In this document: in pieces, positions 10,961 to 23,401 of the stretch
How the letters are laid out: the number at the start of each line of letters is the position of its first letter
How positions within the stretch are numbered: position 1 is the first letter of the stretch
Source: Octopus sinensis
Lineage: Eukaryota
Assembly (NCBI RefSeq): GCF_006345805.1
Contig: NC_043002.1
Span: 15,872,001 to 15,936,000 of the forward strand
Length of the DNA stretch: 64,000 nucleotides
Reading direction: 5' to 3'
The notes under the pieces: generated by a model
Database searches by the model: none
Told to the model about the DNA's origin: nothing
The model's input: only the letters and a program-made list of their open reading frames with translations
Position numbers and translations under genes: made by a program

Positions 10961-12780
10961 ACATAATTCGTTGCATAAATGTTATGAATGTTACAGATGA
11001 AATAGCCACGACGTTAGGTAACAACTGCATGTAAAATGCAGCAGTTTTAAAACAAAACTAAATTTAAATGCTACCGAAAAAAATTGCTACACGTGATATC
11101 TTTAGATACATTGAATACGAAATAATAATCAGTTGTTGTCAAATGTTGCTGTTTTGAACTGGTGTATAACTACATTAATAATAAAGAATATTGTATATGT
11201 TTAAGTCCCAGCTGAGTGTGGAATTCACAGCTGAAATACTTTGCAATATATCGACTCCGGAGAATACAAAAAGAGGTCTGCTTATACTTAGAATAAATAG
11301 GAGTATAAGCTTTTGGTGTCATTATAAATAATTCAGACTTCAACCACGTGGTCTGTGGATAGATCTTGATATGAGGCATATGTATTATGTGTCTTCTGGA
11401 ATAATGTGGAACCTACCAGTTCGTGAAACTGGTGTACCTGCGTATGTCTGTGTATACAGGACAAAAGGAAAAGAAAGAACAAGAAATATAGAAGGTAAGT
11501 ACTTAAGTTGTTCAGGTTTAGATTCTCGTCAGGAAGGCAAGAATACTTAAACCAAGTATTTTACTGTATTTTGTGTTTGTGTAGTCCATGCGGCAGAGGA
11601 AATTGAATATTAAAGCTGACAGAACGTTTAACTGCAGTGCTGACGTCTCCGTTGTTTCACAAAAATCTAGAAGCTTTGGAACGGATATATCAAGTTGTGG
11701 ATTACTGTCTCATATCTTCAACTTTAAATATGTACTCGCATAAATATTGGCATACACATATATTAAGCATATAAGCATTTGTGCGTGTCTGTTATAAAGC
11801 GCCGGCCAGTATGTCTCTTTCCTTTAATACAGTGGTGTTATACAATATATATGATTTCTGTATTTATATCCTGTAACTTACGTGTGTTAGGTAAAAAAAA
11901 AATAAACACTAAAATATACAGGCAAATCCTAGAATCATTATGGTCAAATACAATTCCTCAGGATATTTTCCCGACAAGGAAGTGCATACGAAAACTGAAG
12001 CAAGTAGAAGCCTAAACGCATACTTCCTTTTCATATTTTCTTTTGTTGCAATTCCACCTAAAGATAGAAACCTGTTAAAAGAAACTAATGATATATAAAA
12101 AAATATGCAAAGTGGTATGTGTAACATACAAACAACTATACAATAATGAAATGCTAAAACAGAAAAAATTATATATTTTCCTAAATTATACGTTTTGGAG
12201 GAGACAACAAAACAAGGAAGATTATATATTTTCAAAAATATTCCCTCCCCACCCCGCTAACCTAATTTATTTCGAATCTCTACCACCCAATTGTTTACAT
12301 CAGATAAAATAACGTGAACCTATAAATTAAATTGATATAAATTTGTTTTATTTATATATTTTAGTATTTACAATATTAATTCAAATAAAATATTTTTTCT
12401 TAAAATACAAAAATGTTGTAGACATTTTTCTTTATTTTTAAGAAAATTAATAATCAGATTTTCGAACCTAATTATACAGAAAATATATCATTTACTTTTC
12501 GTGTAAATATATGTATAATTCAAATAGTTTCTGTGTGTCTAAACTTGTGGAGTATGCTCGTATGAAAATTTACATTCAGCCTCATTATAAAGAGAAAAAG
12601 ATGTAACATCGAACACCTAGCCGAACACTTGTATGAAAACAGTAGCATTTTATTTAAAAACGCAAAACCATTTCATACTTATAAAAGGCAATGTATATGT
12701 GACATCATAATAATTCAAAGTGAGGCAGCCCATTCAAAAAATTTAATATGAGATTAATTGTCCTCTCTCTCTTTCTCTCT

Positions 12781-12825
<45 letters not shown>

Positions 12826-12829
12826 TTTA

Positions 12830-12990
12830 TTAATAAAGCTACGAAGATCTCACAAAAAGAGTTACACAGAGTTTCGCTTTCCCGTTCGTCGGACAGTTTT
12901 GGTTCAGAATCTCAAACAAAATTGTCCGACGAACAGGAACGCGAAACCATGAGTAACAGTTTTTGTGATGTCTTTGCAGATTTTTATAAA
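12830..12990. repeat. Fold-back element (~70-bp arms) between TA tracts, arms carrying a minimal hammerhead-like motif
   Basis: gtttcgctttcccgttcgtcggacagttttg / caaaattgtccgacgaacaggaacgcgaaac; right arm reads AAATTGT-CCGACGA-...-GAAAC-CATGA-GTA-ACAGTTT. Confidence 0.75.
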
Positions 12991-13069
12991 GCATTTTACC
13001 GCCACATCCCGGTGTTGAAGTGCTATTTTTTCCACCTCGTTTCACATGTGTTTACTATGGTACATACAT

Positions 13070-13142
<73 letters not shown>

Positions 13143-13243
13143 CACCCCATTTGATTTATATGGATAATACCATACAAAATTCTGGTGCCTTTAACTTAAG
13201 TACCATATTCATCTGAATCTACATTTTGCTGAACTTATATATA

Positions 13244-13289
<46 letters not shown>

Positions 13290-13729
13290 TATATATGGTG
13301 TTCAGTGCATTGATACAGCATGTCCAAATCCTACGGTCTACGTCGCCTCAGTGTCGAGGTACTTGTTATTCTTCTCTGGTTATGTTGGAAGACAATGATT
13401 ACCCAAAATGTGTATGTTATACTATTTATCCTAGTAAATAACAGCGAAGAGTTGCTGACGTGATCAAAGTAATTTTAATATTATTTTCTTGTTTGATTTA
13501 ATAGGCTGCGGCTATGCTTTTAGTCGAATGAATCCTGCATAGCATTATAGGAGTGGAAAATACTTGGCTTTAGGTAAAAGAAAATACAAGAGGATCAGTT
13601 ACTTATGATTTTATGCAACGCATTCCTCTGTCAGAATCACGCACTCATTGCAGCAGTCCTTTGCCTTTTCTAAGCCCAGTGACGGAACCAGGCCATTTGC
13701 GATATTCTATATCACAGGTGCTTTTCTGC

Positions 13730-14045
13730 ACACACTTGTATTTTAAGCATGGTATTTATCTTAGACATTTTGCCGAACCCCTGAATTATGTTGACGTAAA
13801 ATCACCCACGCCGGTTCTCAAGTGGTAGGGAAGGACAAACACATGCAGAGACAGACACACACATATACATATATATATGTCTACGTAACGGGCATCTTTT
13901 AGTTTCTCTCCACAAAGTTCATTCACAAGTGTTTTCTTCTAGTTTAGATTATAGTAGAAAATATTTATCCAGTGTGCGCATGCAGTACGACTGAAGCTAG
14001 AGCCATGAGGTTGGATAGCAAACTTGTTACCACAGGACTATGTCT
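13730..14045 (-). mobile_element. Degenerate SINE, same family as 9870-10240
   Basis: Motifs tttgccgaaccc..., tatagtagaaaatatttatcc, gcaaacttgttaccacag are reverse complements of the family body and head. Confidence 0.5.
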
Positions 14046-14200
14046 GCATCTAAACGCACACACAGCCACATAAAATCAATTTATTATTTTACTGAATGAA
14101 ATTTGAGACACTAACTTTAAAAATTTGGCCTTCTCACCGTCGTCAAATAGCAGAACAATGATAAGCAAGCTGAATGTTCGACACCACTGTAAAGCATTTG

Positions 14201-14233
<33 letters not shown>

Positions 14234-15035
14234 GTATATATAAATATGCGGGTGTGGGTGTAGCGGTGTGTGATCGTGCAATATATCTGTACAAATGTCT
14301 GTATTTGAACACTGATATGAAACTCATGTTACCACATACGTCATCTGAACCAAGTTTCTAATCACATAGATTATAATGCCATTGACGATGATATTATATC
14401 ATGACGTATTTATAATAAGCATTGCAGATATATGTGCTGCTCATTATATATATATATATATATATATAAATCGTGCGGTACTGTTATAATTACGTGTTTC
14501 AACTTATGATAATGAATAGCTGGTAGTGTCTAAACATACTTTTCAACAACTCGTTGTTATATGATCTTTGGACACATTAACACATTCTCAAACATATCCA
14601 CCCATTCATTTCTTTTGTTCATCTTATACGTTGGTCGTGATTATAGTGACAGATTTAAGGTTGATGACCAGGCTTCAACCTCATTTCAGACAGCTTTAAA
14701 ATTTTAATACTACAAACAATTTTCCTGAAATAGGATTCTGTTTATACAAATATTTGTTTGTTGAATATTCTCTCTTGTTGAAGAGAAGGAAGCGGAACGA
14801 AGATTTATACCTATTTTGTTACTTGTTACTGTTGGTGTTTGTACTCACGCGCACATATTATTTGCTTTAAGAAGTCTATAACACATATGAATTCCTAGTT
14901 ATGACCGTAGTCTAAAATATAGGATTCTAGACAAGGCCACGAAATTCGTGGTCGGTTTTGTTTAAATGGCTTTGAGTACCTCTTCTTTCAAACTAATTGA
15001 TGAAAACAATAAATGGTTATGATGATAATCTCAAT

Positions 15036-15600
15036 GAGGAATTACAACCGTGTTTCGTGGACTGCTACCACAACAGCTCCTTTATAGGATCCAGTTAGCT
15101 CAAGGCATCATCAGGAGGAACCACGTCCGGTTTCGGCCCCTACTCCTCTACCGTTTTGACGTGACGCTCCCCCCTCTTTCGGAGGTGTCTTCAGCTCTGA
15201 TTTTGGGTGCATGACTTCTTTCTTCTGTTCCCTGGCATATTCGATGTAGCGTCAACGAGTGTCAGCGGGCGACTGACTGACTTGTCAAACGTTTTCCCTT
15301 TGAATACTTGCTGATAGGCTCCAGGAGGCATCCCCAGCAAGTTGTCACGCGACACTGTCTCAACTTTAGCTGACCAATGAAGGCGCGTAGGCTTAGCCCA
15401 CGCATTCTCGAAACGACCGTCACTGTCAGTCAGTGAAGCTAATTCTGTGTCAGCATGTCTCACCTAGTGATGTTATTTCCCGCCGGCATGTTATGACTTT
15501 CAAGCCATTTTCGGTCTTCCCGCTTCAGCCATATTTAGAAGCTGGCTTTTTCGACTGCCTCCTGTACTCTCCTTATTAGTTTTCGCAGCTCGGAGCTAGA
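15036..15600 (-). mobile_element. HERO-like (RLE-bearing non-LTR retrotransposon) 3' fragment, family 1
   Basis: Minus frame from 15600: SSSELRKLIRRVQEAVEKASF*IWLKREDRKWLES (HERO C-terminal AE.AS.WIW.KR...W pattern with one stop), then a long 3' UTR whose end is duplicated at 7787-8050. Confidence 0.75.
15102..15153 (-). ncRNA. Putative non-circularly permuted hammerhead ribozyme, copy 2
   Basis: CGGT-A-GAGGA-GTA-GGGGC-C-GAA-ACCG-GACGTGGT-TCCTC-CTGATGA-T-GCCTT: stem III CGGT/ACCG, GUA triplet, stem I GAGGA/TCCTC, stem II GGGGC/GCCTT, intact CUGAUGA and GAAA. Confidence 0.65.
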
Positions 15601-18600
15601 AAAAAAACAAATCTTCTTCTGAATAGCGATGTCATTTTTCTTTCAATGAAGCCTCTATAGCTTCATTGAAAGAAATCTTAATCAGAAATTCTTGAGTGAA
15701 ATATTCCAGCAACTTGCTGTGCAAGTGTGTGCAAGTACCATAGTATAATGACAGAATTACTTCGGTATATTATTTTATTTAATTTTTGCTTATATGCAAG
15801 TTGTTTTAGGACAGAATGTGTCAGTAGACCAAGGTAGGCGATGGCTTGGAGCTAGGAAGCATACTCGTAAAGATTTTCATTCAATAAATATTTGTTAAGA
15901 ATAATAGGCAGGATTATGTAGATTTTAGACTGAAAATATGAAATATATATCTCTCCATGCTTGACCTCTAGTCATTGTCTGCCTAGAGCAAGATTACATC
16001 AAATCGTTTGATATCAAAGCTGCTTTATTGAATGGCAGGGATGGGAAATTCTTCTTGTTTTGCACTAATTATGTTATGGAGACGCAATTATGAAGTATTT
16101 ATTTTGATAATTTCATGCGAGTTTCTGCTGCACCATCTAGTGTATTACCGTGTTCGTAAAGCGTATGCAACATTGGGTTATTTTGTGGGTATTGGGAGAT
16201 TGTAGACAAATGTTGATAACTGCACCAGTTTACCTTGTACCTTGTTGCATTAGTGTGCGTACTGTTCTGTGTTGCATTTGTAAAATGAATTATCTTAATG
16301 CATTTCGTTTTTAATCTTGTAAAGTATACTTTAGGCAGTGTGTTGTGAGCCCTGGTATGGCTTTTATGTCGCTTTTACGTTCAATACACTAGCCGTGTAC
16401 GATTGGATTTCTAATAAATTATTTTGCTGATGTGTCTGCAGAAACGTTTTATATTATACTATTCACCTCATACATTCTATTTTCTTGGAAGAAGCTGTCG
16501 CAGTTTTCATAGTGTCTTTTGTGGCATGATTTTGCTGTTATGCTCTGATTCGGGTGTTCTTTTCCTTCCAAATGGTCGTTTTCGTTCGTTTCCTTTTCCT
16601 ATTATTTGGATCCTCTGTTTTCTTTCTTTTCGCATTCTCATTAATCTAGGAATCTTTTTAATTAGCTCTGGGTGTGATTACCCTATTGGGACATCTCTTA
16701 TTTGATTACTTTTTAATACGTTCACCGTACAACCTTCTTCCTTTCTCATTGTAACTGCTATTCATCCATTTTCGGGTAAAATATAGGAAATTTGATTAAT
16801 TCTATTAAAATGTTGAATATGCAGACAACAAGTCTAATTCTAGATGATCTAGCTCTCTACGTTCTGAGTTCAAACCTTCCCTTGGTTACGTTCCAGTTCA
16901 TCCTTTCAATCACGATTACAGTATTGTCTGATATACGTCCGGATCGATCCAATGGGCAACTAGTAAAAGCTAGCCTTACACCTTTATTAGAAACAAATTC
17001 TATGAAGAGATTGTGGGGGGAAATAGAATGGTTTCGAATTTCAGAACAAGGACTGCAATTTTAAAGGGAGCGTGGGTTAGTAGATTACATGGACCCAGGT
17101 AGTTTGTTCTTACTTTATTTTTACGATCCCAACTGGATGGAACACGTATCTTAACCGGACGCTATTTGGACGGGCTTGAGGAAATGCCGGTACGCATGCC
17201 GTTCTCTGGTACTACCAATTCAGCTAAGCTTGCCGACATGGGGATAAAAATAATCTCTTATGATAATTAGGAATAAAAACATTTCTTCATATTTTGTTTG
17301 TTAATGGTGAGAGAATCGGTGTTACTTTCGATTTCTAGGAGTGAATAAGAGAAGGCAAAAAAATGAATATACTAATAATATACGGGTTTATAATGGAGTG
17401 ACTCATTCATTCTCCACCAAATCTGTCGGGTTTCTGTGTCTATATTTGGAATAATTATTATACTATTGTGCAGTCGAAGCAATGGTGCGGAATATGAATA
17501 ATGAGGTTCCAGTTTGATATCACCTTTTTGTCAATGTTGAAAATAATCTCCTTCACTGAGTTCGATAAATAAGTATCAGCAACAGACTTACAGTGGATGC
17601 TGTCATTTAAATTCACATTTATCATTAGGCTATAGTTAACGATGACTTTCATAACTAACGACGAAGTCAGAAAATTAAATCAAACAACGTACACGATCTC
17701 ACTGACTTAAATTTTCTAAGATCTGCGACTGCAAACCGATACTACTGATGATTTCAAGGTTGATGTAAGGATGTTGATTCTATATGACCACAAGACCTGC
17801 TAGAAAAAAACAAACACCTATATCTCATCCGAATCACTCGATGCAGTCTTAATAGTAAACACATTAGGTGATATAACCCTCAATACATACTGATTGGGAG
17901 AAAAACACTGAAAGGTCAAGAGGGAATATATTTTATCAGTTGATTGTTGACCTTCGGCTGATTATCAAAATGGGAGCGTTGCCATCATAAAGAGCAGATA
18001 CTATTAACATTAGATCTATTATTCTATCATGTGATGACAATGACAGGAAATGCTTTTATAGAACATGTTATTTAAACCTATCTTTAGTATTGCTTTCGTT
18101 TGTTCCCTTCCAATGTGTATATATGAACGGCTACATACAATAGTGTATATGGTTTCTTCAATATTTCAGTAATCTCTGTCTATTTATCTGTCTGCTCACA
18201 TTTCTCTTTATATACATACATATGTATGTGTGTGTGCGTGTATTTCTGCTTGCACACTCATACGTTCACACGCATATACACACACTTCATGAGTGTTAAT
18301 CTATGTAAGTATATATATCATATCGGTCCATTCATACAAGCATGCAAATACATATTTATATCTTGGTTCTCGAATAAATTCTTCAACAGATTCCATTCAC
18401 TAAAACTACTAATTCGGATTCTATGCAAATGGGTGTATACAAAGTTATACTTGCATAAACACGTACATATGCACATTAAGTGGCAGGAGCGATATTGTTT
18501 GAGTCAGTTGGAGATGAAGATGGTAGTGATGTATCAGGATTGGTGGCGTCGTTATATGTGGGTTGTGAATTGGATACTGGTGGAATAGATACTGTCGATC

Positions 18601-19719
18601 GAAGTCGTGCCTGTTTTATCTACATAGACATTGATGATGTACTTATCTTTGGCAAAATGCTAGACCTTACGGCTACAACGACATTGATGAAAATATAATT
18701 GTGATTATGATGATAATGTTGAGGAATGAGAGGGTGGTAAGATACAAATGGTGAAGAGGGTGTTTATACTATGCGAAATAATATAACTCTGCTTCTCTTT
18801 TGAAAATTATTAACTATAAACTTAAGTTTCTAATTTTTCGATTTAATCGAGTACAAAAATTATAGAAATGCTTTCTGCTGATCAAAAAGCCTTTTGCTTT
18901 TTTTGTGTATCAAGAGAGCGTATCCAGGTTTACATCATAAAAAAATAATGTATTTTTCAATATTACTAGGAGTGATGTAACGAATATTTGGGTGGTATGT
19001 TTGGCGGTTGAAATGACAAGATGCTTCATTTTGCCTCGATTTCTGTGGAATTTTTGTTGATAGCGTTATTTGTGATGGTAATATTGAAGGTTATGATAAT
19101 GTATTTATAAAAGTATAAGTGATGTTTTTCTTTACATTGGCATTCCAAGCAACTCACGGCTATATATTTGCAATCACATAAAAAAGCGGATATTCAACAT
19201 TTCACAAATATGTTTCTCTCTGTTAAAGTACATGAATTTACAAAGCAACACAACGTCGTTTCATTATGCTAAACATTTCGATTATATCTCATTTCGCTCA
19301 CATAATTAAGGTCGTTTTAGCGTAGCACTCGAACGTATATTTTGTCTACCAGGAAATTATAGACATTAATAAGATTTTGGTACAAGGCTATCAAATTTAA
19401 AGGGACGTTCAAGGGATACCAGAGATACTAATATCAGGAAACCCAACAGTTACAGAAGTACAAAAACTTTGTTCTCAACGATAGGACCTCCAAACTAAGA
19501 AACATATTGTCAACTCGAAAATAAACAATATTTATCTTTCAAAGCCGAAATATTAAAAATTTAATAGAATTGTTATTCTCAGATCTTGGTGTTCTTTTCG
19601 TATTATATATCATTAGCGGTACAACAAACATATCGCTGTTATTTGATGTCTCTTGAAACACAAAGCAGCAATAACATAAGTACATAAGGCTTAAAAATTT
19701 TTGGTGCAAGGCCAACAAT

Positions 19720-19905
19720 GTCGAGGATGAGAGAAATCGACTACATAGACTTCGGTGCTCAACTGATACATATTTTATCGATTCCGAAATGTCGAAAGTG
19801 AAAATCAACCTCGGTGGAATTTGAGCTCAGAGGGTAAGGACGGACGAAATCCCACTAGGCCTTTTGCTCGGTGTGCTAACAATTCTGCTTCCTCACAGCC
19901 TTAAG
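19720..19905 (-). mobile_element. Degenerate copy of the gagctggcagaa SINE family
   Basis: cctcggtggaatttgagctcagag...gtgctaacaattctgc is the reverse complement of the family head. Confidence 0.6.
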
Positions 19906-20002
19906 TAACAAAAGTAGCGATAAACACCTAACATAACAATGCTTGATTTTAGTGTGAAGGGTGGGGGTACTTGGTACACCAAAACTAGGAAATTGTTATT
20001 TC

Positions 20003-20302
20003 TTACTTTTCGAGCCATGCCTGGCTCATAAGGCCCGGTTTCCCGGTTTCGTTAGCGCATAGGTTTTCCACCTGGACGGGATGCCGGTCCATCGCGGGTG
20101 AGCTGCTTGATGCAGGAGGAAAGTGTGAGAGAAAGTTTTGGTGAAAGAGTCAGTAGAGGTTCGCCGTTACCTTCTACTGCAGCCACGTAGAGCTTAGGAT
20201 TTTCGCTCATAAACAATAGTTTATAACCCGGTCTGAGATTTGAAACGGCAATCCCTCGACCGCGAGGTCCACTGCTCTGACCACTAACCCATGTTCCTTC
20301 AC
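20003..20302 (-). mobile_element. tRNA-derived SINE (same family as 42481-42780)
   Basis: Minus-strand head with A/B-box-like ggttagtggtcagagcag...gtttcaaatctcag; body shared with 42481-42780 and related to 21621-21989. Confidence 0.75.
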
Positions 20303-21620
20303 AAAATATGACATTACTAGTATGCTATTTTATTTATCGTGGCCATGGAAAGATAAGAGAAAAATTATTGACCTCGGCAGAATTTGAACATAGCAGCAAT
20401 GTCACAAATTGATGAAATGTCTATAGTTGATTTGACCAACTCTAGCCTCCATTTTTATTGAATCCTCGGGACAGTTGAAAGTGAAGTCCATTTCTTATCT
20501 ATTTGGCCGTACTCAAAATGTAGAGGTGTTCAAGTAAAATTAAAAACACTTTGTCCAACGCTCTCCCGATTTCACCAGTTCTTGTAATATTGATGCGCGT
20601 TGGTGTAAGTTAACATGTAGTTATAATAGTGGTGGTTGTTATGGCAATGGTAGAAAATGTTGTTTCTTTCTGCATATTGTTATTAGTAAATTACTGGAAA
20701 TTATATCTATAAGTAAATCGTTCCTAATGATGATGACAATACCGATGAGAAACGCTGATACCGATGATAATCATGAAGACGACACAGAGGATGGTGACAC
20801 TATGAGAGGAAGGAGGGCGATGGTGATGATAATTAATGATGGCGGCATACATTTTTTTTCTGGAAACGCCATCGTCGGTGCATTGCCAAATGCTGTTTGA
20901 TCCACGTTGTATAATTAATAACATTAATCATAAATGATTCACGTGTTGTTGTTATGTATGTTCTTGATATTTTTGTTTTCCGTTTCTGGTCTCATATTAT
21001 TGTAATGATGGTGATGATTCATGTTGGGTTTTTTTTATTACTGTTGTTGTTGGTAGTGTTTGTATTATGTTTGTACTTATTTCGATATTCGTTTGCTGTT
21101 ATTTATGAAATTGTGGCAGCATTTGCTGGTGTCCTTCCTGCTGAGAGTAGAATAAGATGACACTCCTGTCGTTACTGTTACTGTGAATATAATACAATGG
21201 TATCATTATTATTTTTTTTTTTTGACAATAGTAGTACTGCTGCTGATTATTTTCATGATGATAACGATTACCACTGGAATGATTATAACGATGATGATGA
21301 TTCTTACGATGATGATAATTTAGGTGATGATGATGGTGGGGATGATTGCAAAGTTCGCAGTAATTAGGATTAGATGTTGCTGTTTTTGTTGCCTAGTGTT
21401 TTAATACTAATCTGCAAATGTTCCCTAAATTGGTAGGGTTAAAGGGTGTGTTTTGCGGGATAAATAGTTGCTACTTTCGCAGGTCAACCACCAACAAAGT
21501 ATTTCTCGCATTGCCTTGGATTAAGTATTAGTAGTCCCATCTTATAGCAAATTGTGTATTTTTAAATAAAACAATTTTTCAGTCATATATTAATTTTAGG
21601 CATCACTATGTAAGTTTCAG

Positions 21621-21989
21621 GGAGGCGCAATCGCCCAGTGGTTAGGGCAGCCGATTCGCGGTTGTAGGAGCGCGGTTTCGATTCCCAGACCGAGGGTTGT
21701 AAGTGCTCATTGAGCGAAAACACCTAAAGTTCCACGAGGCTCCGGCAGGAGATGGTGGCGACCCTGCAGTACTCTTTCACCACAACTTTCTCCCACTCTT
21801 CCTTCCTCTTCTGCTGTACCTGTATTTCATAGCCTTGTCACACTCTGTAACACGCTGATTGTCCCCGAGAACTACGTTAAGGGTACACGTGTCTGTGGAG
21901 TACTCAGCCACTTGCACGTTAATTTCACGAGCTGTTCCGTTGATCAAATCAACTGGAACTCCCGTCGTAACCAACGGAGTGCCAACAAC
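21621..21989 (+). mobile_element. tRNA-derived SINE
   Basis: ggaggcgcaatcgcccagtggttagggcag (A box) ... ggtttcgattccc (B box), GC-rich body, caac tail. Confidence 0.8.
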
Positions 21990-23350
21990 TATGTAACTTT
22001 CAATTTTTAGGAGTGACATGTTGTGAGGGACAGATTCGGCTCTTATTTCTAGGAGATTTCACGAGTAAGATCATTCATCATTTCGACAGTTGCATGTTGC
22101 TGTTGGCATTGTTGTAGACTTTTTTCGTATGCAGTAATGCATCAGATTGGGAAGAGCCTCGCATATTTCATTGCAGCAAACCTCTTCGACTCTAAGAATA
22201 TTAAATCTATATTAATGCTAATTGTTGCCTCGATAATATAAATACAGGAATATTTACAAAATTGAATTTCAATCCATCAATTACCAATGAAAATAAAGGA
22301 GTAAGTTTTGCATATTACCATTGATTGTGGACCGGCAACCATCATAGAGCATGCTGACCGACTGTTCGAAGGATTATTTACCTAATTTCAGTGGAATACA
22401 TCCTCTGGTTTTCAAATATAAAAATATAATTATTTCTAATTCTCTCTAAAGCAGACTACGGCAGCGGTACTTAGTACCAGCAGTAATATGTATATATCAT
22501 AACATCTATTGAAACTGTTATCCATTGAAGTTTTTCATGAACGCTACGTCGATAGCCGAGGCAGAACTTGCTAAAATTGTTCTAATATATGTTGCACGGC
22601 TACTGCCAGTGTTACCGGGAATTTGCGCATAAGCACAGGGTTCTTTGAAAATATATCAATGTCAAGATGCTAATTTGCATTTAGCACGAAAGCAAGATAT
22701 TTTCTTTATCCCATAAGTGACATAATAACACGACTTTTACAGTTTCATGAAAACAAACACGTTTCCTTAAAGCTTTTCTACCTCATTATCAGTTCCTACA
22801 AACATGAATGCTAAAAGTAAGGTGTCTTTTCTGTTATACAAAAATAAATTCGTTATTTATATCCTTGCTTTATCCTATGTACATACGCAGGCTCGTGACC
22901 ACATACGCGTACAGTCCTGCACGCTTACACACAGATATATGCATTAATATATAAGTATATAGGGGAAGAAAAAATAATTTTGTAATTAGGGCAACTATTA
23001 CGAATGGAATCTTGCAAGGTTACAAAAACCTTATCGTTCCAGCAAAGCCCTAATTATTTTCGTCTAACTTCATGTCATAAATCAACTTTCTCCTCGTTGT
23101 AATGTTTCTATATTCATCATATGAATATCATAATCCTCATTTCGTGACTACATTCCTATTGCAAACATATATTGCCAGCGGTCTTCATTTGAAATTCTTT
23201 TGCGCAAGAAATTTGGTTCCCAAGAAAAATATAATTAAAAGGAAAGTGAACTAAAAAGGCTTCCTGTCGGTTAGAATCTGTCAACGTGCATTTTACTGTG
23301 TAGGCATACCAAAAACCACATGGTTTAAACTAACGCATACATCATATATG

Positions 23351-23401
<51 letters not shown>

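Noticed and set aside
15191-15463. 90-aa ORF MRHADTELAS...
   Set aside because: Lies in the HERO 3' UTR downstream of the recognisable C-terminus; no domain recognised.
16130-16790. Possible Penelope GIY-YIG remnant on the minus strand
   Set aside because: Only vague Cys-motif similarity with many stops; not supportable without a profile search.
21621-21695. tRNA-like sequence
   Set aside because: It is the head of a SINE, runs into the SINE body and lacks a proper acceptor stem; not a tRNA gene.
22320-22650. Short peptide-like stretches (IDCGPATIIEHA on plus; EPCAYAQIPG... and a hydrophobic MDNSF... on minus)
   Set aside because: Interrupted by stops, no consistent splice sites; the resemblance to Sushi, PAN or signal peptides is probably chance.
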